Numbered from the stretch's first letter, positions 36,912-46,771 are shown. The stretch is DNA of 64,000 bases from Candidatus Daviesbacteria bacterium (GCA_028715175.1 JAQUSJ010000001.1:546386-610385), one strand, 5' to 3'. The notes: generated from the sequence alone by a model not told the origin. Numbers and translations: made by a program.

Positions 36912-38270
36912 ATGAAACTCATTCTAGCTATTCTTCTAGGTAAACTAATCCTTTTTCTCACGCGTAATTTTAAAATCGGAGGAGGCTCAGCTGCTCCGGG
37001 TTTATATGCCCTGTCTATTGAACCGGATCTGGTTGCAAAATTAGCTGCTAAAATCCCCAAAAATGTAGTGATAACCGGAACTAACGGCAAAACTACTACT
37101 GCCAAAATGCTGGCCCATTTTGCGAAAGAAACAGGGCTTAAAGTTATCAGAAACCATACCGGTTCCAATCTTGAACGCGGTATCGCCTCAGCTTTTATTC
37201 AAAACCTCCGTTTACACCCCAAGGGTGTAAAGCTAAACCATGATATTGGCATTTGGGAACTGGATGAAGCAGCTTTTAATGCCGTTGCCCCAAAACTGCA
37301 ACCTGACATTGTTGTATTTTTGAATGTCTTCCGTGATCAACTTGACCGTTATGGTGAAATTGATACTGTAATCAAAAACTGGTACCAGGCGTTAAAAAAA
37401 CTCTCTTCGGAAACTGCGGTTTTAGTTAACGGCGACGATGCCAACATATTAAAACTGGCTGCCTGTTTTAGAGGTAAAGTTCAAACATTCGGGGTTCAAA
37501 ATTGCAAAATCGCGGGGGAGGAAATTGAGCGTCAAAAAGAACAGGAAAACCTTGATTTTGAAGCAAAAAATGTCAAAACAAGCGGATTAACCGGCAGTTT
37601 ATTTCAATTAACTATTAACAATGAACTATTAACTGTTAACCTACCTCTTCCCGGTATCTACCATATCTATGATTTTTTGGCTGCCTTTACTACAGGAACA
37701 ATATTAAATATAGATCCTGATAAAATGGTTTTGTCCTTGAAAACCTATTCACCTGCCTTTGGCAGGGTCGAGAAATTCCATTTAAACCCTACGTTTCATC
37801 GTACTCCTACCTCCGAGGTAGAATACATGGGGTATATTTTCCTGATCAAAAATCCGGCCGGAGCTACCCAGGTCTTTAAAACTATTGCGCCAAATATCAA
37901 ACCCGGGGACAGAATCCTTCTGGCATTAAATGACAACATTGCGGACGGTACAGACGTATCATGGATCTGGGATGCGAATTTCGAATCACTTCGAAATTCG
38001 TCGAATCTTTCTGAACGAGCGCAGTCGAGGGACTATACAATAATTACTTCTGGAATCAGAGCAAATGATCTGGCGCTCCGCTTGAAATATGCCAATTTTA
38101 ATCCTAAAGAAATAGTTGTAGAACCGGACCTGAAACAGGCCCTGAAACAAGCTGGAGTGGGCTTAAAAGGCAAATTGTTCATCCTTCCCACATATACTGC
38201 CATGCTGAAACTGCAATCAATCCTGACTAAAGCCAGCATCAAGAAACATTACTGGGAGGAGGATAATTAG
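36912..38270 (+). CDS. murT: Lipid II isoglutaminyl synthase subunit MurT
   Basis: ITGTNGKTTT, FRDQLDRYGE, KNPAG, DG.DVSWIWD and PTYTAML motifs. Confidence 0.92.
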   Translation: MKLILAILLGKLILFLTRNFKIGGGSAAPGLYALSIEPDLVAKLAAKIPKNVVITGTNGKTTTAKMLAHFAKETGLKVIRNHTGSNLERGIASAFIQNLRLHPKGVKLNHDIGIWELDEAAFNAVAPKLQPDIVVFLNVFRDQLDRYGEIDTVIKNWYQALKKLSSETAVLVNGDDANILKLAACFRGKVQTFGVQNCKIAGEEIERQKEQENLDFEAKNVKTSGLTGSLFQLTINNELLTVNLPLPGIYHIYDFLAAFTTGTILNIDPDKMVLSLKTYSPAFGRVEKFHLNPTFHRTPTSEVEYMGYIFLIKNPAGATQVFKTIAPNIKPGDRILLALNDNIADGTDVSWIWDANFESLRNSSNLSERAQSRDYTIITSGIRANDLALRLKYANFNPKEIVVEPDLKQALKQAGVGLKGKLFILPTYTAMLKLQSILTKASIKKHYWEEDN

Positions 38271-38350
38271 CTATCAGTCTTCAGCTATCAGATGTTAGAT
38301 GATTTATCTGACGACTGACAGCGAAGCGATACTGAAAGCTGACGACTATT
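38269..38350. repeat. Inverted heptamer array between murT and gatD
   Basis: CTATCAG-like units followed by CTGACGA/CTGAAAG units. Homologous to 61574-61651. Confidence 0.75.
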
Positions 38351-39073
38351 ATGAAGCTTGTAATCGGTTATCTTTACGGCGACCTAATGAATATCTATGG
38401 AGATACAGGCAATATCATTGCCCTGAAAAAGCGGGCAGAATGGAGAGGGATTAAAGTAATAATCAAAATGTTCACGATCGGAAATGAAATGAAAAAAGGT
38501 ATGGCTGATATTTACTTTTTCGGAGGCGGGCAAGACCAGGCTCAGGAATTAGTAGCAAGGGATTTAGTTGTAAGCGGTAAGGGAAAAGTCATCAAATCAG
38601 AGGTTGAAAGAGGAGTACCACTGCTTTCTGTTTGCGGAGGATATCAGTTACTGGGTGATTATTACAAACCTCACAAAGGTCCTAAACTTCCAGGCGTAGG
38701 ACTATTTCCAGCATATACTGTAGCAAGCCATGACCGGATGATCGGCAATATCATAATCGAATCTATGTTTGGCAAATTAATTGGTTTTGAAAATCATTCC
38801 GGAAAAACTTACCTGAAAAAAGGCGCTTTACCTTTAGGCATGATAGTAAAAGGTTTTGGCAATGGCGGCACTGTCCAGACTGAAGGCTGTATTTATAAAA
38901 ATGCCGTTGGTACTTATATGCATGGCTCGCTTCTGCCTAAAAATCCCAAATTAGCAGACTGGCTGCTGAAAAAAGCTCTGGAAGTAAAATATGGAAAAGA
39001 GTTGGAGCTAAAGCAACTCGATGACACTCTTGAACTCCAAGCCCACTATAAAGCAATCCAAAAATTCGGCTAA
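38351..39073 (+). CDS. gatD: Lipid II isoglutaminyl synthase glutaminase subunit GatD
   Basis: MNIYGD.GN, GGGQD, VCGGYQLLG, GFENH and YMHG.LL.KNP motifs. Confidence 0.92.
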   Translation: MKLVIGYLYGDLMNIYGDTGNIIALKKRAEWRGIKVIIKMFTIGNEMKKGMADIYFFGGGQDQAQELVARDLVVSGKGKVIKSEVERGVPLLSVCGGYQLLGDYYKPHKGPKLPGVGLFPAYTVASHDRMIGNIIIESMFGKLIGFENHSGKTYLKKGALPLGMIVKGFGNGGTVQTEGCIYKNAVGTYMHGSLLPKNPKLADWLLKKALEVKYGKELELKQLDDTLELQAHYKAIQKFG

Positions 39074-39178
39074 GATAGTCTTACAACTACAATATATTGT
39101 ATCCTTTGGGACAAAAATATTACGATCGTATATAGTTTGTCCAATAAAGAGTGTTCATGAAGTGGAAAAGGGATAATG

Positions 39179-40024
39179 CTACTTACCTGTAGGTAACTTT
39201 AATAGAAGATGAGACTCTAATGCATCATTCTTCATAAATCGATCAAGTTGCCAAAAATATAGTCTTAGTCCAGGGTCATCAGGAATAACCAAATCCTTCA
39301 AGGTACCCAGCTTATGGATATTACACCAAACGAACAATAGCCCATTTTCCACCCCACTTGATAAATCTAGTGAGTTAGGATGGCCTCTTTTTATAGTTCT
39401 ATTGAAGTGTATGCTACTTACCGCAACATCATGGATTCCAAATATTCCGGCATTCCTACTTGTCCCTGGTGATTGCGAGTATACCCATCTCTCCTGAGCA
39501 TCTTGAGCGTGAATTTCCAAATCTAAAACAGCATTATCTAAACCTTCTCCTTGAAATGCGATAGACATTCCATCAAGTTTAGCCATAAAGCGTCCATGGA
39601 AAAAAACATGCGGTGTTATCATGAATTTTACATCCTGTGAGTCAAGAGGAACCATTGGTGTCCAGAAAGATACCCCTGATTGGTATGTTATGAAATAATC
39701 TCTACCATCATTTGGTTTTGGACGAACCGCAGAAATTAAAGAGTGCTGATAATCTTCAAGCATGTCTGCTGGTACATCTAAAGCATATAGTCTATTCGCG
39801 AGGACAGATTCTTCAAGAAGATGTCTAATGTTAAAGTGTTTATCCCACAAGTTCACTTCATCATCAAGCATCGGTCTAACTGCTTCTCCATGAATTCCAC
39901 CATAAGATAGACTACGGAAACCTACGGCTCCTCTTATTGCTTTATGAAGCAAACGTCCAAAGCTCGTTAGTATTTCCCTAATTCTCTGATCCGATATTAG
40001 TAGTTCATTGTCGGGTGTAATCAT
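39179..40024 (-). CDS. Hypothetical protein
   Basis: Long ORF. Start moved downstream of tRNA-Leu(TAG), with TATAAT upstream. Confidence 0.6.
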   Translation of the reverse strand: MITPDNELLISDQRIREILTSFGRLLHKAIRGAVGFRSLSYGGIHGEAVRPMLDDEVNLWDKHFNIRHLLEESVLANRLYALDVPADMLEDYQHSLISAVRPKPNDGRDYFITYQSGVSFWTPMVPLDSQDVKFMITPHVFFHGRFMAKLDGMSIAFQGEGLDNAVLDLEIHAQDAQERWVYSQSPGTSRNAGIFGIHDVAVSSIHFNRTIKRGHPNSLDLSSGVENGLLFVWCNIHKLGTLKDLVIPDDPGLRLYFWQLDRFMKNDALESHLLLKLPTGK

Positions 40025-40078
40025 CACGCCGCAATTATAAATTGTAGCTCGTATAAATTCAACTTCTATCTGTTTTTG

Positions 40079-40161
40079 TGCCCAGGGGGAGAGTTGAACT
40101 CCCACGCCCTTGCGGGCATAGCGCCCTAAACGCTACGTGTCTGCCATTCCACCACCTGGGC
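40079..40161 (-). tRNA. tRNA-Leu(TAG)
   Basis: Anticodon arm TAGCG-TTTAGGG-CGCTA. Confidence 0.93.
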
Positions 40162-40248
40162 TATTCCAAGCATATTTTACCAGTTAATTTGACATATATC
40201 TATTAAGTTGTAAAATATGCTCGTTTAATTGTTTAATTAATAATTAAT

Positions 40249-40569
40249 ATGAGGAATACGACTCCAATTTCATTAATACTATCAAAAATAGAAAAACTTG
40301 TAGGGGTAGAGCAGCCTACTATTGTTAACGAAAGTCCTGTTAATCCCGAACAATTAAGACAGACAACTGGACCTGGATGGATAGAAATTAGAAATCCCCA
40401 AGCCGAAGAATCCACTTCTAATACAACAGGTGGAGTAATAACTTTTAAGCGTGCTCTTTTACCAACTACTGATCCAAAAAGGACTATAGAAGCAGCAATT
40501 AGCAGTGGAGATTCCATAGCAAATCGTACTGAGCAATTACGCGCAGCTTTGTCTCCCGAGCAAAAATAG
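40249..40569 (+). CDS. Hypothetical protein
   Basis: ORF downstream of a TTGACA/TAAAAT promoter. Confidence 0.5.
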   Translation: MRNTTPISLILSKIEKLVGVEQPTIVNESPVNPEQLRQTTGPGWIEIRNPQAEESTSNTTGGVITFKRALLPTTDPKRTIEAAISSGDSIANRTEQLRAALSPEQK

Positions 40570-40594
40570 GTAAAAAGGTGTAAAATATATACCT

Positions 40595-41194
40595 ATGAAC
40601 ATTCGCCGTAATATTTTGGGCGGTATTCTGGGTTCGTTTGATGAGGATGAGTTTGAAAAGGAAACTCCTCTTTTATCCACTGTTACTCAAGGAGTTGGTG
40701 GAATTTTTGCAGATATTCTCAGCCTAGGCCAGGACGTAGCAGGAGTTGAAGCAAAAACACAGTCAAATGAAAACGGAAAATTTCCCACCACCGGCACTAT
40801 TGAGTTTACTAAAAAGCAGATGGAAACTGAAGAAAAACAAAAAACAGAAACAGACAGAAAAAAAGCTTTTTACCAGACTCTGAAAGAAGATCAAGAAAGA
40901 GCCAGAAGAGCAAAAGAGCAGTTGTTGTTTGAAGAAGAGATGGATGACATTGTCACTAATTTACCAACCGAGCAAAAGAACCGTTTATTGCATTATCAAG
41001 CCAGTTATAGAGATCGAAGTATCTATCAACGAGCCGAACTCCGGAAGAAACTTATCGAAGAACGGAAGAGAGACGAAAAACAACAAAAAGAAGCTTCCGT
41101 TCCCAGTCCGGCCAAACAACCAAATTCTCTGGAGGTTGCATTTGAAGGAGCCTCCGGTTCGAAAGGTAATCTCTCCTTCCAGGCAGTAGGCTGA
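40595..41194 (+). CDS. Hypothetical charged coiled-coil protein
   Basis: E/K/Q-rich ORF. Confidence 0.65.
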   Translation: MNIRRNILGGILGSFDEDEFEKETPLLSTVTQGVGGIFADILSLGQDVAGVEAKTQSNENGKFPTTGTIEFTKKQMETEEKQKTETDRKKAFYQTLKEDQERARRAKEQLLFEEEMDDIVTNLPTEQKNRLLHYQASYRDRSIYQRAELRKKLIEERKRDEKQQKEASVPSPAKQPNSLEVAFEGASGSKGNLSFQAVG

Positions 41195-41199
41195 TTCTG

Positions 41200-41272
41200 T
41201 GGGCGGTACAGGGATCGAACCTGTGACCTCATTCACGTCAAGAATGCGCTCTACCAGCTGAGCTAACCACCC
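41200..41272 (-). tRNA. tRNA-Val(GAC)
   Basis: Anticodon arm CATTC-TTGACGT-GAATG. Confidence 0.95.
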
Positions 41273-41331
41273 GAACTTTCAAATTCTATCACCTCTTTAC
41301 ATAACCCACAAGCAAACAGTAATATACGAGT

Positions 41332-42558
41332 ATGGATCAAAAGAAATTAAAGGATCACAAACAAATCGGTCAGGAGCTTGAACTTTTTTTTACAGACGAT
41401 ATTGCTCCCGGCGCTCCATTCTGGCTTCCAAAAGGAATGGTTATTTTTAAAGAGCTGGAAAAATATATCAGAGAACTAACTGAAAAAGCAGGATATCTGG
41501 AAACTTCAACACCAATTATGGTCAAAAGCGAAATATTTAAGCAATCCGGACACTGGGAAAAATTCGGTGAGCATAATATGTATAACCTTCAGCTTTCTGA
41601 CGAAACAGATGATTCTAAACCAGTTAGCTACACCTTAAAACCAATGAACTGCCCCGAATCAACTATCCTCTATAGATTCAGGCCCAGAAGCTACCGTGAG
41701 CTACCTTTAAGGCTTTCTGAAATCGGCAGGTTGCACAGAAGAGAAAAATCAGGGGAGGTCAACGGATTACTACGGGTCCGCCAACTGACTATGGATGATG
41801 CCCACATTTATGCTACAGAAGACCAAATACCGGACGAGGTGGGAAGTATTTTAGATATGATGATTGAATTCTACAAAAGTTTTAATTTTGAATACGAATT
41901 CAGGTTGGCAACCAGACCGGATATAAGAGCAGGAACTGATGAAAATTGGGGGAAAGCTGAAAAAGCTCTGGAGAATGTTTTGAAGGAAAAAGGATTAAAA
42001 GCCGGAGATAAAAAGGGTGACGGTGCATTTTATGGGCCTAAGATCGATGTACATATTAAAGATGCTCAAGGAAGAGATTGGCAACTGGCCACCGTCCAGC
42101 TTGACTTTCATCAACCTGAAGCATTTAAACTGGAATATACCGATGAAAAAGGGAATAAGCCGCGCCCGGTCATGATCCACAGAGCTATCTTTGGTTCTTT
42201 TGAAAGGTTTATAGCTATTTTAACCGAACATTTCCAGGGGGTTTTCCCAACCTGGCTCTCTCCAATCCAGGTACAAATTATACCCATTGCAGATCGGCAT
42301 CAAAAATATAGTCAAATTGTACTCGAACAATTAAAGGATGCAAATATCAGGGCAGAGCTTGATAACAGGCAAGAAACTATGCAAGCAAAAATTAGGGATG
42401 CCCAAACACAAAAAATTCCATATATGATTATCGTGGGCGACCGCGAAGAAAAAGAAAAGAAAATCGCTGTTAGGACAAAAATGGGGCAGGACTTAGGTGC
42501 ATTGGGGGTTGAAGAATTTTTAACAAGAATTAATTCGGAGATTGAATCTAAGGTATAA
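41332..42558 (+). CDS. thrS: Threonine-tRNA ligase (no N-terminal TGS/editing domains)
   Basis: Begins at DHK.IG; KPMNCP, GAFYGPKID and HRAIFGSFERF motifs. Confidence 0.96.
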   Translation: MDQKKLKDHKQIGQELELFFTDDIAPGAPFWLPKGMVIFKELEKYIRELTEKAGYLETSTPIMVKSEIFKQSGHWEKFGEHNMYNLQLSDETDDSKPVSYTLKPMNCPESTILYRFRPRSYRELPLRLSEIGRLHRREKSGEVNGLLRVRQLTMDDAHIYATEDQIPDEVGSILDMMIEFYKSFNFEYEFRLATRPDIRAGTDENWGKAEKALENVLKEKGLKAGDKKGDGAFYGPKIDVHIKDAQGRDWQLATVQLDFHQPEAFKLEYTDEKGNKPRPVMIHRAIFGSFERFIAILTEHFQGVFPTWLSPIQVQIIPIADRHQKYSQIVLEQLKDANIRAELDNRQETMQAKIRDAQTQKIPYMIIVGDREEKEKKIAVRTKMGQDLGALGVEEFLTRINSEIESKV

Positions 42559-42603
42559 TCTGTGTTAATATCTACAAAAGCAACTATGAAGGAGGCTCGT
42601 TAA

Positions 42604-43155
42604 CTGGCCAAATTTTATCGTCTTAATGAGCATATCCAGGCTCCTAAGCTTAGGGTAATAGATTCCAAGGGCGAACAGCTGGGAATCTTAACTAAGACTG
42701 AGGCTTTGGAAAAAGCTAAGGCGTTAGGACAGGATGTGATAGAAATTGCTCCCAATGCACAGCCGCCTGTTGTCAAAATAGCTGATTTTCAGAAATTCAG
42801 GTACGAAGAGAATAAGAAGGATAGGGCATCAAAAAAGGGTACATCTGCAGGGGGATTGAAAGAATTGTGGCTGTCTCCACGGATTGCGGAACATGACCTT
42901 AAAGTCAGACTAACGAGAACTGAAGAGTTCTTAAAGGAAGGTTATAAGGTAAAGTTAACGGTTAAATTTAAGGGCAGGGAAATGGCTCACCCCGAACTTG
43001 GACGCCAGGTTTTACAAGAAGCTCTAACGCTTTTAGGGGATAATGTTGCAGTAGATAAGGAAGCTAAGTTTGAAGGAAGAAAATTATCAATGATCGTAGG
43101 AAAAGGAAGAAAGGATAAAAATGCCGAAGCAGAAAACAAACAAATCAATATTTAA
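42604..43155 (+). CDS. infC: Translation initiation factor IF-3 (CTG start)
   Basis: RLNEHIQ...RVID..GEQLG lies upstream of the tracked start. CTG follows an in-frame stop, 8 nt after AGGAGG. Confidence 0.92.
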   Translation: MAKFYRLNEHIQAPKLRVIDSKGEQLGILTKTEALEKAKALGQDVIEIAPNAQPPVVKIADFQKFRYEENKKDRASKKGTSAGGLKELWLSPRIAEHDLKVRLTRTEEFLKEGYKVKLTVKFKGREMAHPELGRQVLQEALTLLGDNVAVDKEAKFEGRKLSMIVGKGRKDKNAEAENKQINI

Positions 43156-43318
43156 GAGAATCAAAATTACCTCAACAGGTAAGATTTTAAGAAGACACCA
43201 GCTTGGAGCCGGACATCTCAAACGGAACAAAAGCAAGGGAGCGCTCAACCGGCAAAAGAAAACAAGTGAATATTTTAAAGGAGAAGGCAAACATCTTAGA
43301 AAGATAATAGGACTCTAA
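43121..43318 (+). CDS. rpmI: 50S ribosomal protein L35
   Basis: MPKQKT...KRIKIT.TGK, in operon position. Confidence 0.95.
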   Translation: MPKQKTNKSIFKRIKITSTGKILRRHQLGAGHLKRNKSKGALNRQKKTSEYFKGEGKHLRKIIGL

Positions 43319-43453
43319 TGGGTAGAGAAACAAGGAATTTTAGACAAACCGGAAGATCAAGAGCAGGCAATTTATCGGCAAGAAATTATGCCGGGATTAA
43401 CCGTACAGGATATTGGGGAAAAATAATTAATTTTTTTAAGAAAGGCGGTTACT

Positions 43454-43798
43454 ATGGCAAGAGTTAAAAGAGGAGTTACATCGCATAGAAAACACAAAAA
43501 GGTATTGAAGTTAACTCGCGGCCACAGAGGCGGCAGAAGCAAGCTCGTGAGGGAGGCAAAATCTTCTTTACTTCATGCAGGAGAATACGCTTTTGCCGGC
43601 AGAAAGCTTAGAAAGCGGGACATGAGAAGACTTTGGATTACTCAAATGGGAATCGCCCTAAAAAACGAAGGGCTTTCGTATTCCAAATTCATGGCTTCTT
43701 TAAAAGCCAAAAAAATCTTGCTTGACCGAAAAATGCTGGCAGATTTGGCAGTTAACAATATTGATGACTTTAAAAAAATCATCTCCGAAGTAAAATAA
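43454..43798 (+). CDS. rplT: 50S ribosomal protein L20
   Basis: MARVKRG...RRLWI...DRKMLADLA. Confidence 0.97.
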   Translation: MARVKRGVTSHRKHKKVLKLTRGHRGGRSKLVREAKSSLLHAGEYAFAGRKLRKRDMRRLWITQMGIALKNEGLSYSKFMASLKAKKILLDRKMLADLAVNNIDDFKKIISEVK

Positions 43799-43816
43799 TG
43801 TGCTAGAATTAAGCTC

Positions 43817-44857
43817 ATGCAGGATAAAATTTCCCAGATTAAAAAAGAGTATTTAGAAAAAATTGGTAAAGCTTCAAGTTTAAAAGAGCTGGACAGTCTT
43901 TTTTTGGCGCTTTTTGGAAAAAAAGGCGAGATTGCGCTTTTGCCAAAAGAGTTCCCCAAACTTTCAGATACGGAGCGGAGGAAAATCGGACCTGCGTTTA
44001 ATGCTGTCAAACAGGAGCTGGAAAAAGCAATAGAAAAAAAAAGGGAAGAGGTTAGAGAAGAGTCTTACAAAGCACTGGAAAATGAAAAACTTACTCTCCA
44101 AGGCGTCCCCCTGGAGGCTAGGAAGGGACATCTGCATCTGGCTACCCAATTTAAAAAAGAAATTATTGACCTGTTCAACAAATTAGGCTTTTATCAATTT
44201 GATGCTCCACACGTAGAATGGGATAAATATAATTTTGAATACCTGAATATCCCCAAGGATCACCCTTCCCGCGATATGTGGGATACGCTGTATGTAGATA
44301 CCTCCCGGCTGGAAGTTGAACCCGGGCAAATGCTGCTGCGCACCCATACTTCTAACTTTTGGCCGAGATTAATGGAGAAAGGCAAAGCTCCGATTAGAGC
44401 GATGAGTTTTGACCGCTGTTTTAGATACGAAGCAATTGATGCAAGACATTCACACACCTTTAACCAGTTTGAGGTGGCAGTTGTCGGCGAAAAGATAACT
44501 ATGGCTAATTTAAAATTCCTATCTGATTATCTTCTCAAAGCAATTTTGGGCAAAGAGGCCAAGTCTAGATTCAGGCCAAAATATTACCCATTTGTTGAAC
44601 CAGGAGTTGGAATAGATTGCCTGTGTGTATTTTGTCATGGACGCGGTTGTAAAATCTGTTCCGGAACAGGCTGGTTTGAAATAGCAGGAGCAGGCATGAT
44701 TCATCCGAATGTTTTTAAGTCTACAGACCTGGATCCTAAAAAATATACCGGTTTAGCTTGGGGTTTTGGACCTGACAGAATGCTAATGATAAAACATGAG
44801 ATAGAAGATATCAGATATTTCCTGGAAGGAGACCTAAAGTTCCTGCAAGAGTATTAA
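43817..44857 (+). CDS. pheS: Phenylalanine-tRNA ligase alpha subunit
   Basis: HPSRDMWDT, LLRTHTS, YPFVEP and G.GMIHP motifs. Confidence 0.96.
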   Translation: MQDKISQIKKEYLEKIGKASSLKELDSLFLALFGKKGEIALLPKEFPKLSDTERRKIGPAFNAVKQELEKAIEKKREEVREESYKALENEKLTLQGVPLEARKGHLHLATQFKKEIIDLFNKLGFYQFDAPHVEWDKYNFEYLNIPKDHPSRDMWDTLYVDTSRLEVEPGQMLLRTHTSNFWPRLMEKGKAPIRAMSFDRCFRYEAIDARHSHTFNQFEVAVVGEKITMANLKFLSDYLLKAILGKEAKSRFRPKYYPFVEPGVGIDCLCVFCHGRGCKICSGTGWFEIAGAGMIHPNVFKSTDLDPKKYTGLAWGFGPDRMLMIKHEIEDIRYFLEGDLKFLQEY

Positions 44858-44861
44858 TCTT

Positions 44862-46559
44862 ATGAGAGTTTCACTTTCCTGGCTCAAAGAATTAGTTGAT
44901 TATAAACTATCTCCTCAAGAACTGGCAGATAAATTGTCGCTTATTTCCATTGGAATAAAAAATCAAACACAAGACTCTCTGGAATTAGATTTAACATACA
45001 ATCGGGGTGACTTACTTTCCATGCGCGGAGTAGCCAGAGAAGTAGCTGCTGTAACAGGCTCTAAGCTATTATTTTCAAACCTCAAACCACCTACTTATCC
45101 TTGTTTGCCTGAAACCCCGGTACAAGTTGACAATAAAAGTCTTTGTCCGGTTTATTGTGTAGCTAAAATTGAAGGCATTAAGATTGAGCCATCGTCCGAT
45201 CAATGGGTAAAAAAATTAACGGATTGCGGTGTCAGATCTGTCAATAATATTGCTGATGTCACTAATTTGATCATGCTTGAGTATGGCCAACCCATGCATG
45301 CCTTTGATGCATCTCAAGTCAAAGACGGGATGCTGATTGTGAGAACTGCCAGGCAGGGTGAAAAAATTATGACACTTGATGGAAAGGATCGAATTTTAGA
45401 TGAAACTGACTTATTAATTGCGGATTCAGAAAAAGCTCTGGCGCTTGCCGGAGTAATGGGAGGAAAAGATTCTGAAATTACGCAAACTTCAACAACTATT
45501 CTCCTGGAGGCAGCCATTTTTGATCCTGTTTCCAATAGGAAAAGTTCTAAAAAACATGGCCTTTATTCTGAAAGCACAAAAAGATTCCAGCATGGCCTAA
45601 CTAAAACTAACTTGCTCCAGGCTCTTTCTGCTGCCATAAAAATGTATGAAGGTTTGGGTGGAAAACTGACTGCCATTACACTTACGGGAAACCTTCAGGA
45701 TCAAGTAAAAACCATCCAACTGACCCAGCAAAAGATCAATTCATTAATCGGGGTAGACATTCCATCAGGGGAGGTAGAATCATCCCTCAAAAAACTAGGA
45801 TTTAGACTAGAAGCAAAACACCTCGAAGGTGAAAAAATGCGATTACACCTTCGAGGTGGAATGGTTTGGGAAATAACAGTGCCTTATTGGAGACTGGATA
45901 TAGAAATTGAGGAGGATCTGATAGAAGAAGTAGCCAGAATGTATGGGTATGAAAAAATCCCCCCAAAAGCGCTTGAAGGGAATCTTCCGGAGAAAATCGA
46001 TCAAAGTTTTCCCAATTTTATTTATGATTTGAAAAAATCCTTAAAAGAGGCAGGTTTAACAGAAGTACAAACATATTCTTTTTATTCAACAAAAGTAATT
46101 GAAATCCGCCAGCTGGCGGAGAAAACTGAAAACTTAATTAAGATTGCTAATCCTATTTCATCTGAAACCGAGTATTTAAGGGACAATCTTTGGCCAAATC
46201 TGTTAGAAGTAGCTGCCAAAAATATCAGGAACGGAATAAAAGATATAGCTATTTTCGAGGTAGGCAAAGTGTATGCGCCACAAAAAGGTGATTTACCAAA
46301 AGAAACCTACCGATTGGCGATTGCTTTAGTAAACGGCACAGATAATCCCATCCAGGAGCTTAGTCAAATCTCCCAAAGTTTAGGATTACACCCCAAGGGT
46401 GTAATCGGGGGTTTACAGCTAAACCCAAGAGAATATTTTCATCCAACAAGGTATACAGATGATATAGCCGAAATTCACCCAAGATTTGTGAATAAATTCG
46501 GGATTGATCAAAGAGTGGCTGTTTTGGAAATAGAATTAAATCCTCTAACGAGGCCCTGA
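44862..46559 (+). CDS. pheT: Phenylalanine-tRNA ligase beta subunit (shortened)
   Basis: SLSWL, NRGDLLS.RG.ARE, GQPMHAFD and DLIEEVARMYGY motifs; 565 aa. Confidence 0.93.
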   Translation: MRVSLSWLKELVDYKLSPQELADKLSLISIGIKNQTQDSLELDLTYNRGDLLSMRGVAREVAAVTGSKLLFSNLKPPTYPCLPETPVQVDNKSLCPVYCVAKIEGIKIEPSSDQWVKKLTDCGVRSVNNIADVTNLIMLEYGQPMHAFDASQVKDGMLIVRTARQGEKIMTLDGKDRILDETDLLIADSEKALALAGVMGGKDSEITQTSTTILLEAAIFDPVSNRKSSKKHGLYSESTKRFQHGLTKTNLLQALSAAIKMYEGLGGKLTAITLTGNLQDQVKTIQLTQQKINSLIGVDIPSGEVESSLKKLGFRLEAKHLEGEKMRLHLRGGMVWEITVPYWRLDIEIEEDLIEEVARMYGYEKIPPKALEGNLPEKIDQSFPNFIYDLKKSLKEAGLTEVQTYSFYSTKVIEIRQLAEKTENLIKIANPISSETEYLRDNLWPNLLEVAAKNIRNGIKDIAIFEVGKVYAPQKGDLPKETYRLAIALVNGTDNPIQELSQISQSLGLHPKGVIGGLQLNPREYFHPTRYTDDIAEIHPRFVNKFGIDQRVAVLEIELNPLTRP

Positions 46560-46736
46560 AGGAATTAGAAGTACAGCGTTAGGAACACCAGGCAGACACC
46601 TAGTTGATCCAGAAATAACACCTAGACTGCTTGGAGGAATGAATCTTCTTCCCATAGGCTCTTTATCTACTGGCTGCTCACTTGCTGATTCAGCAATACC
46701 AGTATTAGCTTCCGTTCCTTTTTTTACTTCAACCAT
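46545..46736 (-). CDS. Small hypothetical protein
   Basis: Short ORF with TATAAT upstream. Confidence 0.35.
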   Translation of the reverse strand: MVEVKKGTEANTGIAESASEQPVDKEPMGRRFIPPSSLGVISGSTRCLPGVPNAVLLIPSGPR

Positions 46737-46771
46737 ATTTATTAGAATAAATTATATCATTTATTACAAAA

